Origin: an uncultured delta proteobacterium
GTDB lineage: Bacteria > Myxococcota_A > Polyangia > Fen-1088
Reading direction: 5' to 3'
Length of the DNA: 64,000 nt
Assembly: GCA_963767925.1 (NCBI GenBank)
Contig: CAVYGB010000010.1
Location: 1,664,001 to 1,728,000, forward strand
A program made the translations under genes and the position numbers. Below are positions 21,095 through 33,366 of this stretch, piece by piece (the first letter of the stretch is position 1; every line of letters starts with the position of its first letter). Under the pieces are notes generated by a model, which was not told where the DNA came from, ran no database searches, and was given only the letters and a program-made list of their open reading frames with translations.

Positions 21095-22545
21095 GTGAGC
21101 TTGTCGACGCTCCGGGGCTCGACCGCTTCGAGTGCCTGCGGCGCTTGAGGCTCTGCATCCCGGTCGCCCTCGTTCTGTCGATCGCGTGGGCGCCTGCCCG
21201 CGCGGGCGCGGCGCCCGGAGTGGATCCGGCGTTTCGACGCCTCAGCCTGGCGGCGCTGGGTCAGATGTGGGGACTTGTTCGTTTCCACCATCCCTGCGCC
21301 TCGATGCGCCCGGACCTGTGGGACCAGGCGCTGGTCGCCGCGCTCCCGCTGGCCGAGCGCGCTCGAGACGACGAGGATGTCGTCGAGGCGTACCGGGTCA
21401 TGCTGGGCCACCTCGAGGATCCTCTGACCCGCGTGGTCCGCACCGATGCGCCCGCGACAGCCGCGCCGCCGCCGGGCGAGCTGTTCGCAGCCCGGCGTCG
21501 CACGATCTTGGTCGTGGACCTGAGCCAGCCGATGTCTCAGGCCGCCTGGCAAACCCGGATCGAGGAGATCCGGGGCGCCATGCAGACCGCAACGGCGGTC
21601 ATTTTCGACCTGCGGAGTGTGCCCAGCTTCGCCGACCTCCTGGTTGCCATGTACCTCGATATGCTCATCCCCGACCTGCTGGCGCGCGATGTGGCCCTGC
21701 CCAGCTCGCGGGCGCCCCTGCACATCGGCTACCGGTCGCAGACGCTGGCGAGCGTGGTGGGGGAATCGGCGTTCGTCACGACACCGTCCGGGCGCCTGCT
21801 GGCCCGCCCGGGCACGCAGAGACGGCGGGTAGCGTTCGTACTGGGACCTCATTCGGGCGTGCCGAGGCTCGCTCTCGCGCTGCAAGCGAGCGGCGACGGA
21901 CTGGTGATCGCCCAGGGCGTCGATGTCGAGGAGCGGATGGTCACCACCAGCGTGCCGGTCAGCGGCACACCGTACGCGGTCCAGATGCGCGTGCGTGAGG
22001 TCGCCTCCGCCGATGGGCGCAAGGTGGGGGCAGACGTTTCGTTGCCGGCCGATGCTCCACGTGAACGTGCGCTCACCCTGGCCACCCGCTGGTTCGCCGG
22101 CGGGGCGGTGGCCGTTCCAGGCCCGCGCGCCCCAATCCCGTGTCGCCCTGGCCACGCCGGTCCGGCAGGCTGACCCGGCCTACGACGAGGAGGCCGGGCC
22201 TGGGCGCGAACACCGCCTGCTGGCGCTGTTCAGGCTCTCGGCCGTGCTCGCGCGGTTTTTTTCCCTACCTGGGACTGCTGGACAAGCCGTGGGCCGAAGT
22301 CGTCGACGGTTCATCCCGCGCCTCGAGGCGGCGGACGGTCGGCGCAGCTACGAGCTGACGTTGCTCGAGCTCGTGGCTCACCTCGGCGACGGCACGTCGC
22401 GGTGACCGGCGGCAAGGAGATCGACCGCGAGCTCGGCAACGCCCTGCCCCCGCTGGTCACCCAGATGATCGAGGGACGCGCGGTTGTGACCGGCCTGCGC
22501 GACGGCCAGGCGACGGGCTCGACCGGTATCAAGGTAGCACCCTCA
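21095..22545 (+). pseudogene. S41-family peptidase-like gene, frameshifted and 3'-truncated
   Basis: LAALGQMWGLVRFHHP..WDQALVAALP, AVIFDLR, then in shifted frames REHRLLALFRL..FFPY...FIPRLEAA..LVAHLGDG; catalytic C-terminal part absent; ends at a repeat. Confidence 0.65.
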
Positions 22546-22674
22546 CTGAGGCGAGTGGAGGCGTGCAACTCGCGTCTGCGCGAGCTTGCCAACGCCGACA
22601 GAGGGCCAGCGCGAAGCGCGTAAGGCCCGGCGAGCCGAAGGGAGGGACCTTCCCCTCCGAAGCGCAGCGGGCCT
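22546..22674 (+). repeat. ~129-bp intergenic repeat, uninterrupted (empty-site) copy
   Basis: Matches the reverse complement of 32364-32406 joined to 31954-32037; CCAA at 22589-22592 stands where the other copy has CTAG plus insertions. Confidence 0.9.
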
Positions 22675-22955
22675 CACCGACCGAGTCTCCGCCCACCGCT
22701 TCAACAACACCGCTTCCGGCCGAGCCGCAGCGGGCGTCCCGGAACGGGAACGGGAACGAGTCCTGACCAAGTCGCCAGCCGTCTGTCGAGGGACCTCGGT
22801 GGCCCCCCGACAGACCCAGCTCCGCGCCGCTAGAGCCGGCTTCAGCTTGTGGTTTCCCGACGGGCCGTCGCTCTCGCCGGCTCAGGTCGCCGGGGGCGGA
22901 CGGCCGCCGTGACGTGGAGGTGTCTGGCCGGCAAATGGGGTGGGGCCGGGGAGGG

Positions 22956-25828
<2,873 letters not shown>

Positions 25829-25839
<11 letters not shown>

Positions 25840-26743
25840 GGGTCACCTCGTACTGCGCACCCGGCAGCCGGCGGACCTGGCCCGCCAGCTCAGCCTGGCT
25901 GAGCAAGCTCATCACCTCACCCAGCGGCAACGCCAGCCGGCGCGCCACGTCCTGGGCGTGAACCGCTCCCGCTTCCAGGGCGGCCAGCAGCGGTGAAAAT
26001 GGACCCACCGGCTCCGCGGGGAGCGGCGGGATGGCCGGCGGTCGGCCGGCCAGGTGGTCGAGGACGTCCTGGACCACCTCGGGCCCGCCGCGCACCCGAC
26101 CGGCCTGCCCGCTCTGCAGCAGGCGGTCGGTCCCCGGGCTACCCGGAACGGCGAGCACCGGAACGCCGAGCAGCCGCCCCCAGCGGGCGGTGCTGAGGGC
26201 CCCCGATCGGAGCCCCGCTTCGATGACGACCACGGCGTCGGCCAAGGCGGAGATGACCCCGTTGCGGGCGGGAAAGTTTCCTGCGCGGGGCGGCGTGCCC
26301 GGCGGATAGGTCGACAGCAGCCCCCCGGAGACGGCGATGCGCTCGAACAGGTCGGCGTGGCGATCGGGATAAGTCACATCCAACCCGCAGCCGAACACGG
26401 CGAAGGTGGCTGCTCCCACCTCCAGTGCCCCCTCGTGGGCGGCGGCGTCAATGCCGTAGGCGCCGCCCGAGACGATGGCGTGGCCCTGCCGGCCCAGCCC
26501 GCGAGCCAGACCTGCCGCCAGCGCGCAGCCCTCCCGGGAGGCCGCCCGGGCGCCTACCACCGCCACGATCCGCTCGGCCGGCGGCAACGCGCCGCGCACG
26601 TAAAGGCAAGGCGGGGGCGTCGACATCCGAGCGGCGAGCCGCGTGGGGTAGGTCGAGTCATGAAGAAGCGCCGACGAGACGGGGGGTTGGGGCATCCAGG
26701 CCGTTCTCGGCACGGTCGCGTCCAGGTTGTCCACCACCGTCAT
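25829..26743 (-). CDS. dprA: DNA-processing protein DprA
   Basis: [50 protein letters not shown]; overlaps the topA start (usual dprA-topA arrangement). Confidence 0.93.
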
Positions 26744-26755
26744 GGCGAAGGGAAG

Positions 26756-26784
26756 CAGATAGCGCCGCCGCGGAGGGCCGTCAA
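26756..26784 (-). promoter_or_regulatory. Putative sigma70-type promoter for dprA-topA
   Basis: Minus strand TTGACG-N17-TATCTG, ending 12 bp before the dprA ATG. Confidence 0.5.
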
Positions 26785-26846
26785 GGGCGCCGGGTTTAAA
26801 TCGAGTAAAACCGAATACTTACACCATCGACCCCGCCGCCCCGCGA

Positions 26847-28100
26847 TCAGTGACCCTTGCGCAGCTCCGCAATCTCACCGATCCGCAGCTCCTTTGTCGA
26901 CCGGGCGACCCAGGCTACCGAGACCGAATCGCGGACGTCCATCACCCACAGCTCGGCCACCACCTCCTTGGGGAAGCGGAGGTCCGGTTTGGCCCATCCC
27001 TCCATCAAGGGGCGGTAGCCGTCGCCGCGACGCACCACGAAGATGCGGTTGCCGATCGCGAGCCCGTCCTTGACGCCTCGCGAGAGGACGACGAAGTTCT
27101 CCGCCGACAGCAACATGGTGGGCGAGAAGGAGGCCAGGATGCGCGCCTCCAGGTTGGCCACCGCCGGCCGGGGCTCGATGCTCTTGAACAGCCGCACCTT
27201 CGGGCTGACCGCGTAGCCCCGCTCGACCGGCTCGACAAGGTCGACCAGGGTGCCGCGGGCCATGTTCTTCTCGGTGATCTGGTCGACGACGATGTCGCCG
27301 TAGACCCGCACGAGGTACCCCAGCACGGCGCCGGTCTCGGGCGCGCGGATCGGGTTCTGGGTGTCGGCGACGAAGACCGAGTAGCGCTCGCCCGCCCGCA
27401 GCGGCTTCGTCTTGTCGAAGGCGATGTAGGCCTGGTCGCCGCTGGCGAGCATGATCTTCTCCTCGCGCGACCCGTTGAGGCGGGCGCTCTCGGCCAGGGC
27501 GTCCTTGTCGATGAACCCCGCCTCGCGCACCACCACCGGCTGGGCGTTCGCCCGCCCCGCGATGCGCGTGCCACCGCTGCGGGGAGCCGGGGAGCTGACG
27601 CTGGCCCCCGGCCGGCCCGAGCGCAACCGCAACACATCGCCCGGGAAGATCCAGTGGGGGTTGGTCACTTGCGGGTTCTCGGACCAGAGCCGCGGCCAGC
27701 AGGTGGGGTCGGCGAAGTAACGCTCGCACACCCCGGACAGGGTCTCGCCCCGGCCGACCACGTGGGCCTCTGGCAGCGCGGCGCCCGCCCGGCCGCTGAT
27801 CGAGTGCTCGCCAATCACGAGCCCCGACTCCAGCCCGTAGATGCCGGCGTGGCCACCCGGCAAGGGCGCCGGGTGCACCTGCAGGCGGCGCACCGACTCG
27901 GAGGCCGGCTGGGCGGCGCTGGGTGGGCGTTCGAAGGAGACCGACGCCGGCGCCGCGGCGCCGGCCTCGATCGCCGCCACGTCGGGCAGGGGGGCATCCC
28001 CCGCCGTCGGCAGGCGCGGCTGCGCCGACACCATCACCGGCAGGCAGGCGCCCGCCGCCAGCAGCCCGGCGCCCAGTCGTCCTCGGCGAAACCTCCGCAT
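26847..28100 (-). CDS. LysM peptidoglycan-binding domain protein
   Basis: Signal peptide; HVVGRGETLSGV..YF.DP..WPRLWSENPQVTNPHWIFPGDVL. Confidence 0.88.
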   Translation of the reverse strand: MRRFRRGRLGAGLLAAGACLPVMVSAQPRLPTAGDAPLPDVAAIEAGAAAPASVSFERPPSAAQPASESVRRLQVHPAPLPGGHAGIYGLESGLVIGEHSISGRAGAALPEAHVVGRGETLSGVCERYFADPTCWPRLWSENPQVTNPHWIFPGDVLRLRSGRPGASVSSPAPRSGGTRIAGRANAQPVVVREAGFIDKDALAESARLNGSREEKIMLASGDQAYIAFDKTKPLRAGERYSVFVADTQNPIRAPETGAVLGYLVRVYGDIVVDQITEKNMARGTLVDLVEPVERGYAVSPKVRLFKSIEPRPAVANLEARILASFSPTMLLSAENFVVLSRGVKDGLAIGNRIFVVRRGDGYRPLMEGWAKPDLRFPKEVVAELWVMDVRDSVSVAWVARSTKELRIGEIAELRKGH

Positions 28101-29044
28101 CAGCGCGCCTCCTTGTGATCCTGCTCCAGCTCGGCCAGCTTCGCGGCCGCCAGCCCGGAGGCCGGGTGCCGCGGATAAGACTTCACCAGCTCGGTCAGCG
28201 CCTCCCGTCCGGGGCGGTTGCTGCCCAGGGCCAGGTAGGAGAACCCGAGCTTCAGCAGCGCATCGGGGACCTTGTTGCCGCGCGAGAACTTCTCGACCAC
28301 GCGCCGGAACTCGCGCAGGGCGGTCGAGTAGTCCCTCTGGGAGTAGAAGCACTCACCCAGCCAGTACTGGGCGTTGTCGGTCAGCTCGTGGTCGGGGTAG
28401 CGCTTCACGAAGGTCCGGAAGGCATCGACCGCCTGGCCGGTCGCGCCGGCCCGCAGGTGGTCGTAGGCGGTCTGATAGAGCGCCACCTCGGCGCTGCCCC
28501 GGGGCGCGCCCCGCTCGGCCGGCGGCTCGAACGACGCCTCGCTGGCCCGCTCGCCGGCGCTGGACGGCCGCTCGGGCGTGACCTCGGTCCGGGGATCGGA
28601 CTCGGCGCCGGGTCCCCACAGCCGCAACACCGGCCGGCGCGCCGACCGGGCCTCGGCGGCTGCCCCGGCATATTCGACCGCGGTCTCGTCGACAAGGCTG
28701 CGCGGCGACTCGGAGACGTCCGGCTGGGGCGTCTCCTGCCCCGGCTGCAGCTTGGTCTCCGGCAGGGCGGGCGGCGGTCCCGGCTCGGCCGGACGCGGCG
28801 GCTCGACCGAGCGGCGGGTGTCCAGCTCCGCCGACAGGACGAAGACCTGATTCTCGAGCTCCTCGATCTTGCGGGCGTAGGCTGTGTTCTGGGCCCGCAG
28901 GGAGGTGACGGTGCGAGCCAGCTCCGCCTCGGACGGCAGCGGCTTGCCGGTCGCGCAGCCCAGGACCTGGGTGGCGACCAGCGTGGCCAGAACCGACGTT
29001 TTGAGGGGGGTGGAGAGCATCGAGGCGCGCGCCAGCGTCCCCAT
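28100..29044 (-). CDS. cpoB: Tol-Pal system TPR lipoprotein CpoB/YbgF
   Basis: Lipobox VLGC, coiled coil, FVKRYP..LTDNAQYWLGECFY..KVPDALLKLG..LVKSYP. Confidence 0.88.
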   Translation of the reverse strand: MGTLARASMLSTPLKTSVLATLVATQVLGCATGKPLPSEAELARTVTSLRAQNTAYARKIEELENQVFVLSAELDTRRSVEPPRPAEPGPPPALPETKLQPGQETPQPDVSESPRSLVDETAVEYAGAAAEARSARRPVLRLWGPGAESDPRTEVTPERPSSAGERASEASFEPPAERGAPRGSAEVALYQTAYDHLRAGATGQAVDAFRTFVKRYPDHELTDNAQYWLGECFYSQRDYSTALREFRRVVEKFSRGNKVPDALLKLGFSYLALGSNRPGREALTELVKSYPRHPASGLAAAKLAELEQDHKEAR

Positions 29045-29209
29045 CCATCGGCGGATTCGACCCCTGCCCTGAAGCCGCGCCCCCCAACCGCCCCACCCCC
29101 ACCCACCTGACCCCCGCTCTCCCCCTCCCACCGGGGGCCTCCCCCCCGCGCCCCGCCCGTGCGACCGCTGACGGTATACTGCGGCCCCTCGCGCCCCCGA
29201 GCACCACCC

Positions 29210-31900
29210 ATGAAAAGCCACGCGCCCGCCCTCCTCCTGCTCGCCGCGGCGGGCTCCCTCGTCCCCCTGCGCCCGGCCCGGGCCCAGGATCTCTGGAGCA
29301 TCCCCCCGGCCACCCGGGGGCTCACCATCCCGGGCGGCGAGATCGCCGGCGACGCGGACGCCACCTCGGTCGAGACCAACCCGGGCCAGCTCGGGCTGCT
29401 CGAGGCCACCTCGACCGCCTTGGTGGTCAACCTGTGGCCCGACCAGACCACCCGCGAGGGGCGCGGCGGCGGGCTGTTTTACGCCACCCCTCTCCTGCTG
29501 CGTGGCCTGTCCCTCGGCGTGGGGCTGGAATGGCTGCGGCCCAGCATGGCCACCCTGCCCTCCGACTACGGCAAGCTCGCGGTGGCGGGCGGCTTCCGCC
29601 TCGGACGGAGCCTGGGCTTCGGGGTGCTGTGGGAGCGGCTGATCCGCTCGCGCTACGGGGGCACCAGCAGCCTGGGGCTGGGCCTGGGCTGGCGGCCGCA
29701 CCCGCTGGTGGCGGTCGGGATCGCCGGGCGCGACCTGCTGCGGCCGCGCCCCGAGCCAGGGGGCCCCCGCCTGCCGCGCGAGCTGGACACCGAGGTGGCG
29801 GTGCGGCCGCTGGGCACGCCCCGCCTGGAGGTCGCCGCCGGCCTGCGCCTGCTCGACGGGACCGGCCCGGCGGACAGCACCGACACCGTCCGCTTCTCGC
29901 CGCACGCCCGGCTGTCGCTGGGGCTGCTGCGCGGCCTCAGCCTGTTCGCCGAGCTCGACTCACCCCGGGCCCAGCTCGCGGTGCTGGGGAGCGACGGCGT
30001 CCGGCGGCCGCTCACCGAATACCGGGGCCTGCTCGGGCTGACCGCAAGCTTCGACCGGCTGGTGGTGGGCGGCGGGGCGCTGGCCAGCGCCCACCGGGGC
30101 GCCGGGGGGACCAGCTCGCCGCGCGCGCCGGGGGCCAGCCTCGTCGTGCAGTCGTTCTTCAACCGCAAGCCGTCGGTCGTCTCCGTCTCCCACGTCGCCC
30201 GGGTCAAGCTCGGCGGGCTCGAGGGTGACCGGTCGTTCATCGAGACGGTGGTGGCGCTGCGCCGGCTGGCCGACGACCCCTCGGTGGGGGGCCTGCTGCT
30301 CCAGCTCGATCGGCTCGACCTGGGCTACGGGCGCATCGAGGAGCTGCGGGCGGTGCTCGTCGACATCAACCGGGTCAAGCCGGTGTTCGTGTGGCTCTCG
30401 TCGCCGACGACCGGAGAATATTACCTGGCCTCGGCGGCGACGACGATCGCCATCCACCCGGCGGGGGACCTGTTCCTGGGCGGGCTGGCCTCGACGGTCA
30501 CCTTCTTCAAGAACGCGCTCGACCAGCTCGGGGTGGGCGTCGACCTGGTGCGCATCGCCGAATACAAGGGGGCGATGGAGCCGTTCGTGTTCGCCAACCA
30601 GTCGCAGCCGGTGCGCGACAACCGGAACGAGCTGCTCGACGACCTCTACGGCCGGCTCAAGGAGGGCATCAGCCGCAGCCGGGCCAGCAAGGGGATCGAC
30701 GCCCAGCGGATCGGGACGCTGTTCGATCGGGGGCTCTTCTCGGCGGCGGAGGCCAAGGACCTGGGCCTGGTCGACGAGGTGGGCGACGAGCGGCAGATGG
30801 AGAAGATCGTCCAGGCGCGCTTCGGCCGCCGCATCGCCGTGCGCGACGCCGACTTCGGGCGGCGGGAGACCGGCCGCTGGCGGCCCCGCCGGGTGGCGGT
30901 GATCCTGGTCGACGGCGCCATCACCGATGGACGGCCGCGGGGGATCCCCTCGCCGGTGCAGGGGGCGGTGGCCTGGGCCGATCCCATCCTCGATGCGCTG
31001 GCGGCGGCGCGGGGAGACGCCTCGGTGGGGGCGGTGGTCCTGCGGGTCAACAGCCCGGGGGGCTCGGCGTTTGCTTCGGACCGCATCGCCCGGGAGGTCG
31101 CGCGGCTGCGCGAGGCGCGCAAGCCGGTGGTCGTGTCGATGGGGGACACGGCGGCTTCGGGCGGGTACTACGTGGCGGCGCCGGCCGACACCATCTTCGC
31201 GTCGCCATCGGTGGTGACGGGCTCGATCGGCATCTACGCGTTCAAGCTCGACCTGGCCAGCCTGGTGGGCAAGCTCGGGATCACGACCGAGACCACCACC
31301 CGCGGCGGCCGGGCCGACCTCTACTCCCTGTACCGCCCCTGGCGGGAGGACGAGCGCGCGGCGGTCAACGCCCGCATCCGGAACCACTACGATCAATTCC
31401 TGAAGACTGTCGCCGGGGGCCGCAAGGAGCGGGGCGTGGACGAGAAGCGCGCCGACGACCTCGGGCGAGGCCGGGTCTTCACCGGCGCCCAGGCGCGGCG
31501 GCTGGGCCTGGTCGACGAGCTGGGCGGCATCGCCACCGCGATAGAAGAGGCCGCCCGCCGAGGCCGCGTCCCGATGGGCCCGGGCAACCTGCCCGAGATG
31601 GTCCTCTTACCATCCACCCCGACGGACCCCCTGGAGACCCTGCTGGCCCTGCGCCGGCTGGTCCAGGTGGCCGGCGAAGCCGGCGATGTGGGCGACGGCG
31701 CCGGTCTGGCGGGCGCAGAAGGGGTGACCGCGTCGGGAGGGATCACCAGCGCGGCCGAAGCGGGCGCGGCCGCCGCAGCAGCCGGCGCCACGTTCGTAGC
31801 GCGCTACGGACGGGCGGCAGCTCGGCTCCTCTTGCCAGTGCTGCTGGGCGAACCGGGCGACATCCAGGCCCGCCTCCCCTACGACCTCGAGATCCGCTGA
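29210..31900 (+). CDS. sppA: Signal peptide peptidase SppA (protease IV) with an extra N-terminal beta-rich domain
   Basis: YYLASAA, EYKGAMEPF, VVLRVNSPGGSAFASD, VVSMGDTAASGGYYVA, TGSIGI, GRVFTGAQA..GLVDELGG. Confidence 0.92.
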   Translation: MKSHAPALLLLAAAGSLVPLRPARAQDLWSIPPATRGLTIPGGEIAGDADATSVETNPGQLGLLEATSTALVVNLWPDQTTREGRGGGLFYATPLLLRGLSLGVGLEWLRPSMATLPSDYGKLAVAGGFRLGRSLGFGVLWERLIRSRYGGTSSLGLGLGWRPHPLVAVGIAGRDLLRPRPEPGGPRLPRELDTEVAVRPLGTPRLEVAAGLRLLDGTGPADSTDTVRFSPHARLSLGLLRGLSLFAELDSPRAQLAVLGSDGVRRPLTEYRGLLGLTASFDRLVVGGGALASAHRGAGGTSSPRAPGASLVVQSFFNRKPSVVSVSHVARVKLGGLEGDRSFIETVVALRRLADDPSVGGLLLQLDRLDLGYGRIEELRAVLVDINRVKPVFVWLSSPTTGEYYLASAATTIAIHPAGDLFLGGLASTVTFFKNALDQLGVGVDLVRIAEYKGAMEPFVFANQSQPVRDNRNELLDDLYGRLKEGISRSRASKGIDAQRIGTLFDRGLFSAAEAKDLGLVDEVGDERQMEKIVQARFGRRIAVRDADFGRRETGRWRPRRVAVILVDGAITDGRPRGIPSPVQGAVAWADPILDALAAARGDASVGAVVLRVNSPGGSAFASDRIAREVARLREARKPVVVSMGDTAASGGYYVAAPADTIFASPSVVTGSIGIYAFKLDLASLVGKLGITTETTTRGGRADLYSLYRPWREDERAAVNARIRNHYDQFLKTVAGGRKERGVDEKRADDLGRGRVFTGAQARRLGLVDELGGIATAIEEAARRGRVPMGPGNLPEMVLLPSTPTDPLETLLALRRLVQVAGEAGDVGDGAGLAGAEGVTASGGITSAAEAGAAAAAAGATFVARYGRAAARLLLPVLLGEPGDIQARLPYDLEIR

Positions 31901-32041
31901 CCGACGGACCCTCGGCTCGCGAGTGACTCGCGCCCTGTAGTGGTCGCCGCGGCAGGCCCGCTGCGCTTCGGAGGGAAAGGTCCCTCCCCTCGGCTCGCCG
32001 GGGCTTACAGCGCTTCGCGCTTGCCCCTCTGTCGGCGCTAG

Positions 32042-32198
32042 TCCCCTGGAAAGGTGATTTCTTGCATATCTCGCCGGTCCTCTTCGTCCCTGGCTGCGTT
32101 GCTCGTCGGTTAAATACGCCCGGTATTCGCCCTCCTCGCGCCTTGCCAGGAACGAAGATGCCTCGCCGACATATGCAAGCCTTCACCGTTCCAGGGGA
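32042..32198. mobile_element. MITE-like palindromic element A (157 bp, CTAG-flanked)
   Basis: 28-bp imperfect TIR tcccctggaa(a/c)ggtga...cttgcatat (24/28 by eye); inner inverted pair tcttcgtccctggc/gccaggaacgaaga; inverted copy at 62820-62976. Confidence 0.88.
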
Positions 32199-32202
32199 CT
32201 AG

Positions 32203-32359
32203 TGCACCGCTCGCGAAAGATCGTCAAGGCTGCGCCGACGATCCTGCGCCCCCGCTTCGTTGCTCCTCCTCGGAATATGCCGGATATTCGTCGTCGTCGC
32301 GCCTCGCGGGGCCGCAGGCTTGTCGGCGGATCCTTGACGCTATTTCGAGAGCTGGTGCA
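32203..32359. mobile_element. MITE-like palindromic element B (157 bp, CTAG-flanked)
   Basis: Imperfect TIR tgcaccgctcgcgaaagatcgtcaagg / ccttgacgctatttcgagagctggtgca; inner gccgacga/ttgtcggc and cctgcg/cgcagg pairs; core resembles element A. Confidence 0.82.
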
Positions 32360-32430
32360 CTAGCAAGCTCGCGCAGACGCGAGCTGCGCGCCTCCACTCG
32401 CCTCAGGGGGGGTCATGGCAGGGAAGGGGA

Positions 32431-33366
32431 TCAGCCCAGGTCGGAGAGGATGCGGGCGGCGCCGCGGGTGAGGAGGCGGTCGGCGAGGAGCTGGCCGAGG
32501 GTGGGGGCTTCCTGGGCGGAGCCTTCGATCTCCTCGCGGAGAATCTCGGTGGCGTCGGGGCGGCCGACCAGAGCGCGGAGGAGGAGGCGGTCGGGCGTGG
32601 GGAAGGTGGCGTGGCCGGCCACCGGGGTGTGGCAGCTTCCGCCGAGACCTTTGAGGAGCGCGCGCTCGGCCGCGACCGTGGCCTCGGCAGCGGCGTCGGA
32701 GAGCGGGCGGGTCAGGAGGTGGGTGCGGTGGTCGTCCGCGCGGGCCTCGAGCGCCAGCGCGCCCTGGCCGATGGCCGGCAACATGGCAGCCGGATCGAGC
32801 CGCTCGGCGATGCGGGCGCCGAAGCCGAGGCGGTCGAGCCCGGCGCAGGCCAGCAGGGCCGCGTCGACAACGCCCTCGCTGACCTTGCGCAGGCGGGTAT
32901 CGACATTGCCGCGAAGGATCTCCAGATTCAGGTCGGGCCGCAGCGCCCGGGTCTGGCAGACGCGGCGGAGACTCGAGGTGCCGATGCGGGCCCCGGGCGG
33001 CAGCGTGGCGAGCGTGCCGCCGGTGCGGCTGACGAGCGCGTCGCGGGGATCGGCCCGCGGGGGAATGGCCACCAGGGCCAGGCCGGGCGCGAGCTCGGCG
33101 GGGACGTCCTTCAAGCTGTGCACCGCCAGGTCGACCCGCCGCTCGAGCAGGGCCACCTCGATGTCCTTGACCCAGACCGCCTTGCCGCCCGGCACCGCCA
33201 CCGGCGTGGGGCTGGCCTGGAAGCGGTCCCCCTCGGTGACGATGAAAGACAGCTCGACCGTCAGCCCGGGGTGGGCCGCGCGCAGCAACCCGGCCACGTG
33301 CTCGGCCTGCCAGCGCGCGAGCGCGCTGCCGCGTGTGCCTATGACGAGGCGATCGGAGGCGCTCAC
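32431..33366 (-). CDS. hemC: Hydroxymethylbilane synthase (porphobilinogen deaminase)
   Basis: IGTRGSALARWQA, DLAVHSLKDVP, GTSSLRR, RGNVDTRL, LPAIGQGAL, LGGSCHTPVA. Confidence 0.97.
   Translation of the reverse strand: MSASDRLVIGTRGSALARWQAEHVAGLLRAAHPGLTVELSFIVTEGDRFQASPTPVAVPGGKAVWVKDIEVALLERRVDLAVHSLKDVPAELAPGLALVAIPPRADPRDALVSRTGGTLATLPPGARIGTSSLRRVCQTRALRPDLNLEILRGNVDTRLRKVSEGVVDAALLACAGLDRLGFGARIAERLDPAAMLPAIGQGALALEARADDHRTHLLTRPLSDAAAEATVAAERALLKGLGGSCHTPVAGHATFPTPDRLLLRALVGRPDATEILREEIEGSAQEAPTLGQLLADRLLTRGAARILSDLG

Larger units (their letters stand above)
31954..32406 (-). repeat. Second copy of the 22546-22674 repeat, split by two CTAG-flanked insertions
   Basis: 31954-32037 and 32364-32406 together rebuild the empty copy; CTAG at 32038, 32199 and 32360. 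Confidence 0.9.

Noticed and set aside
20350..21098. Short ORFs (20521-20823, 20856-21098) as genes
   Set aside because: Atypical composition and no recognisable motif; possibly one decayed foreign gene, but not supportable.
31743..32186. ORFs beginning MKACICRRGIFVPGK (also 62832-63110) as a duplicated protein
   Set aside because: They are chance translations of MITE-like element A and diverge exactly at its boundary.
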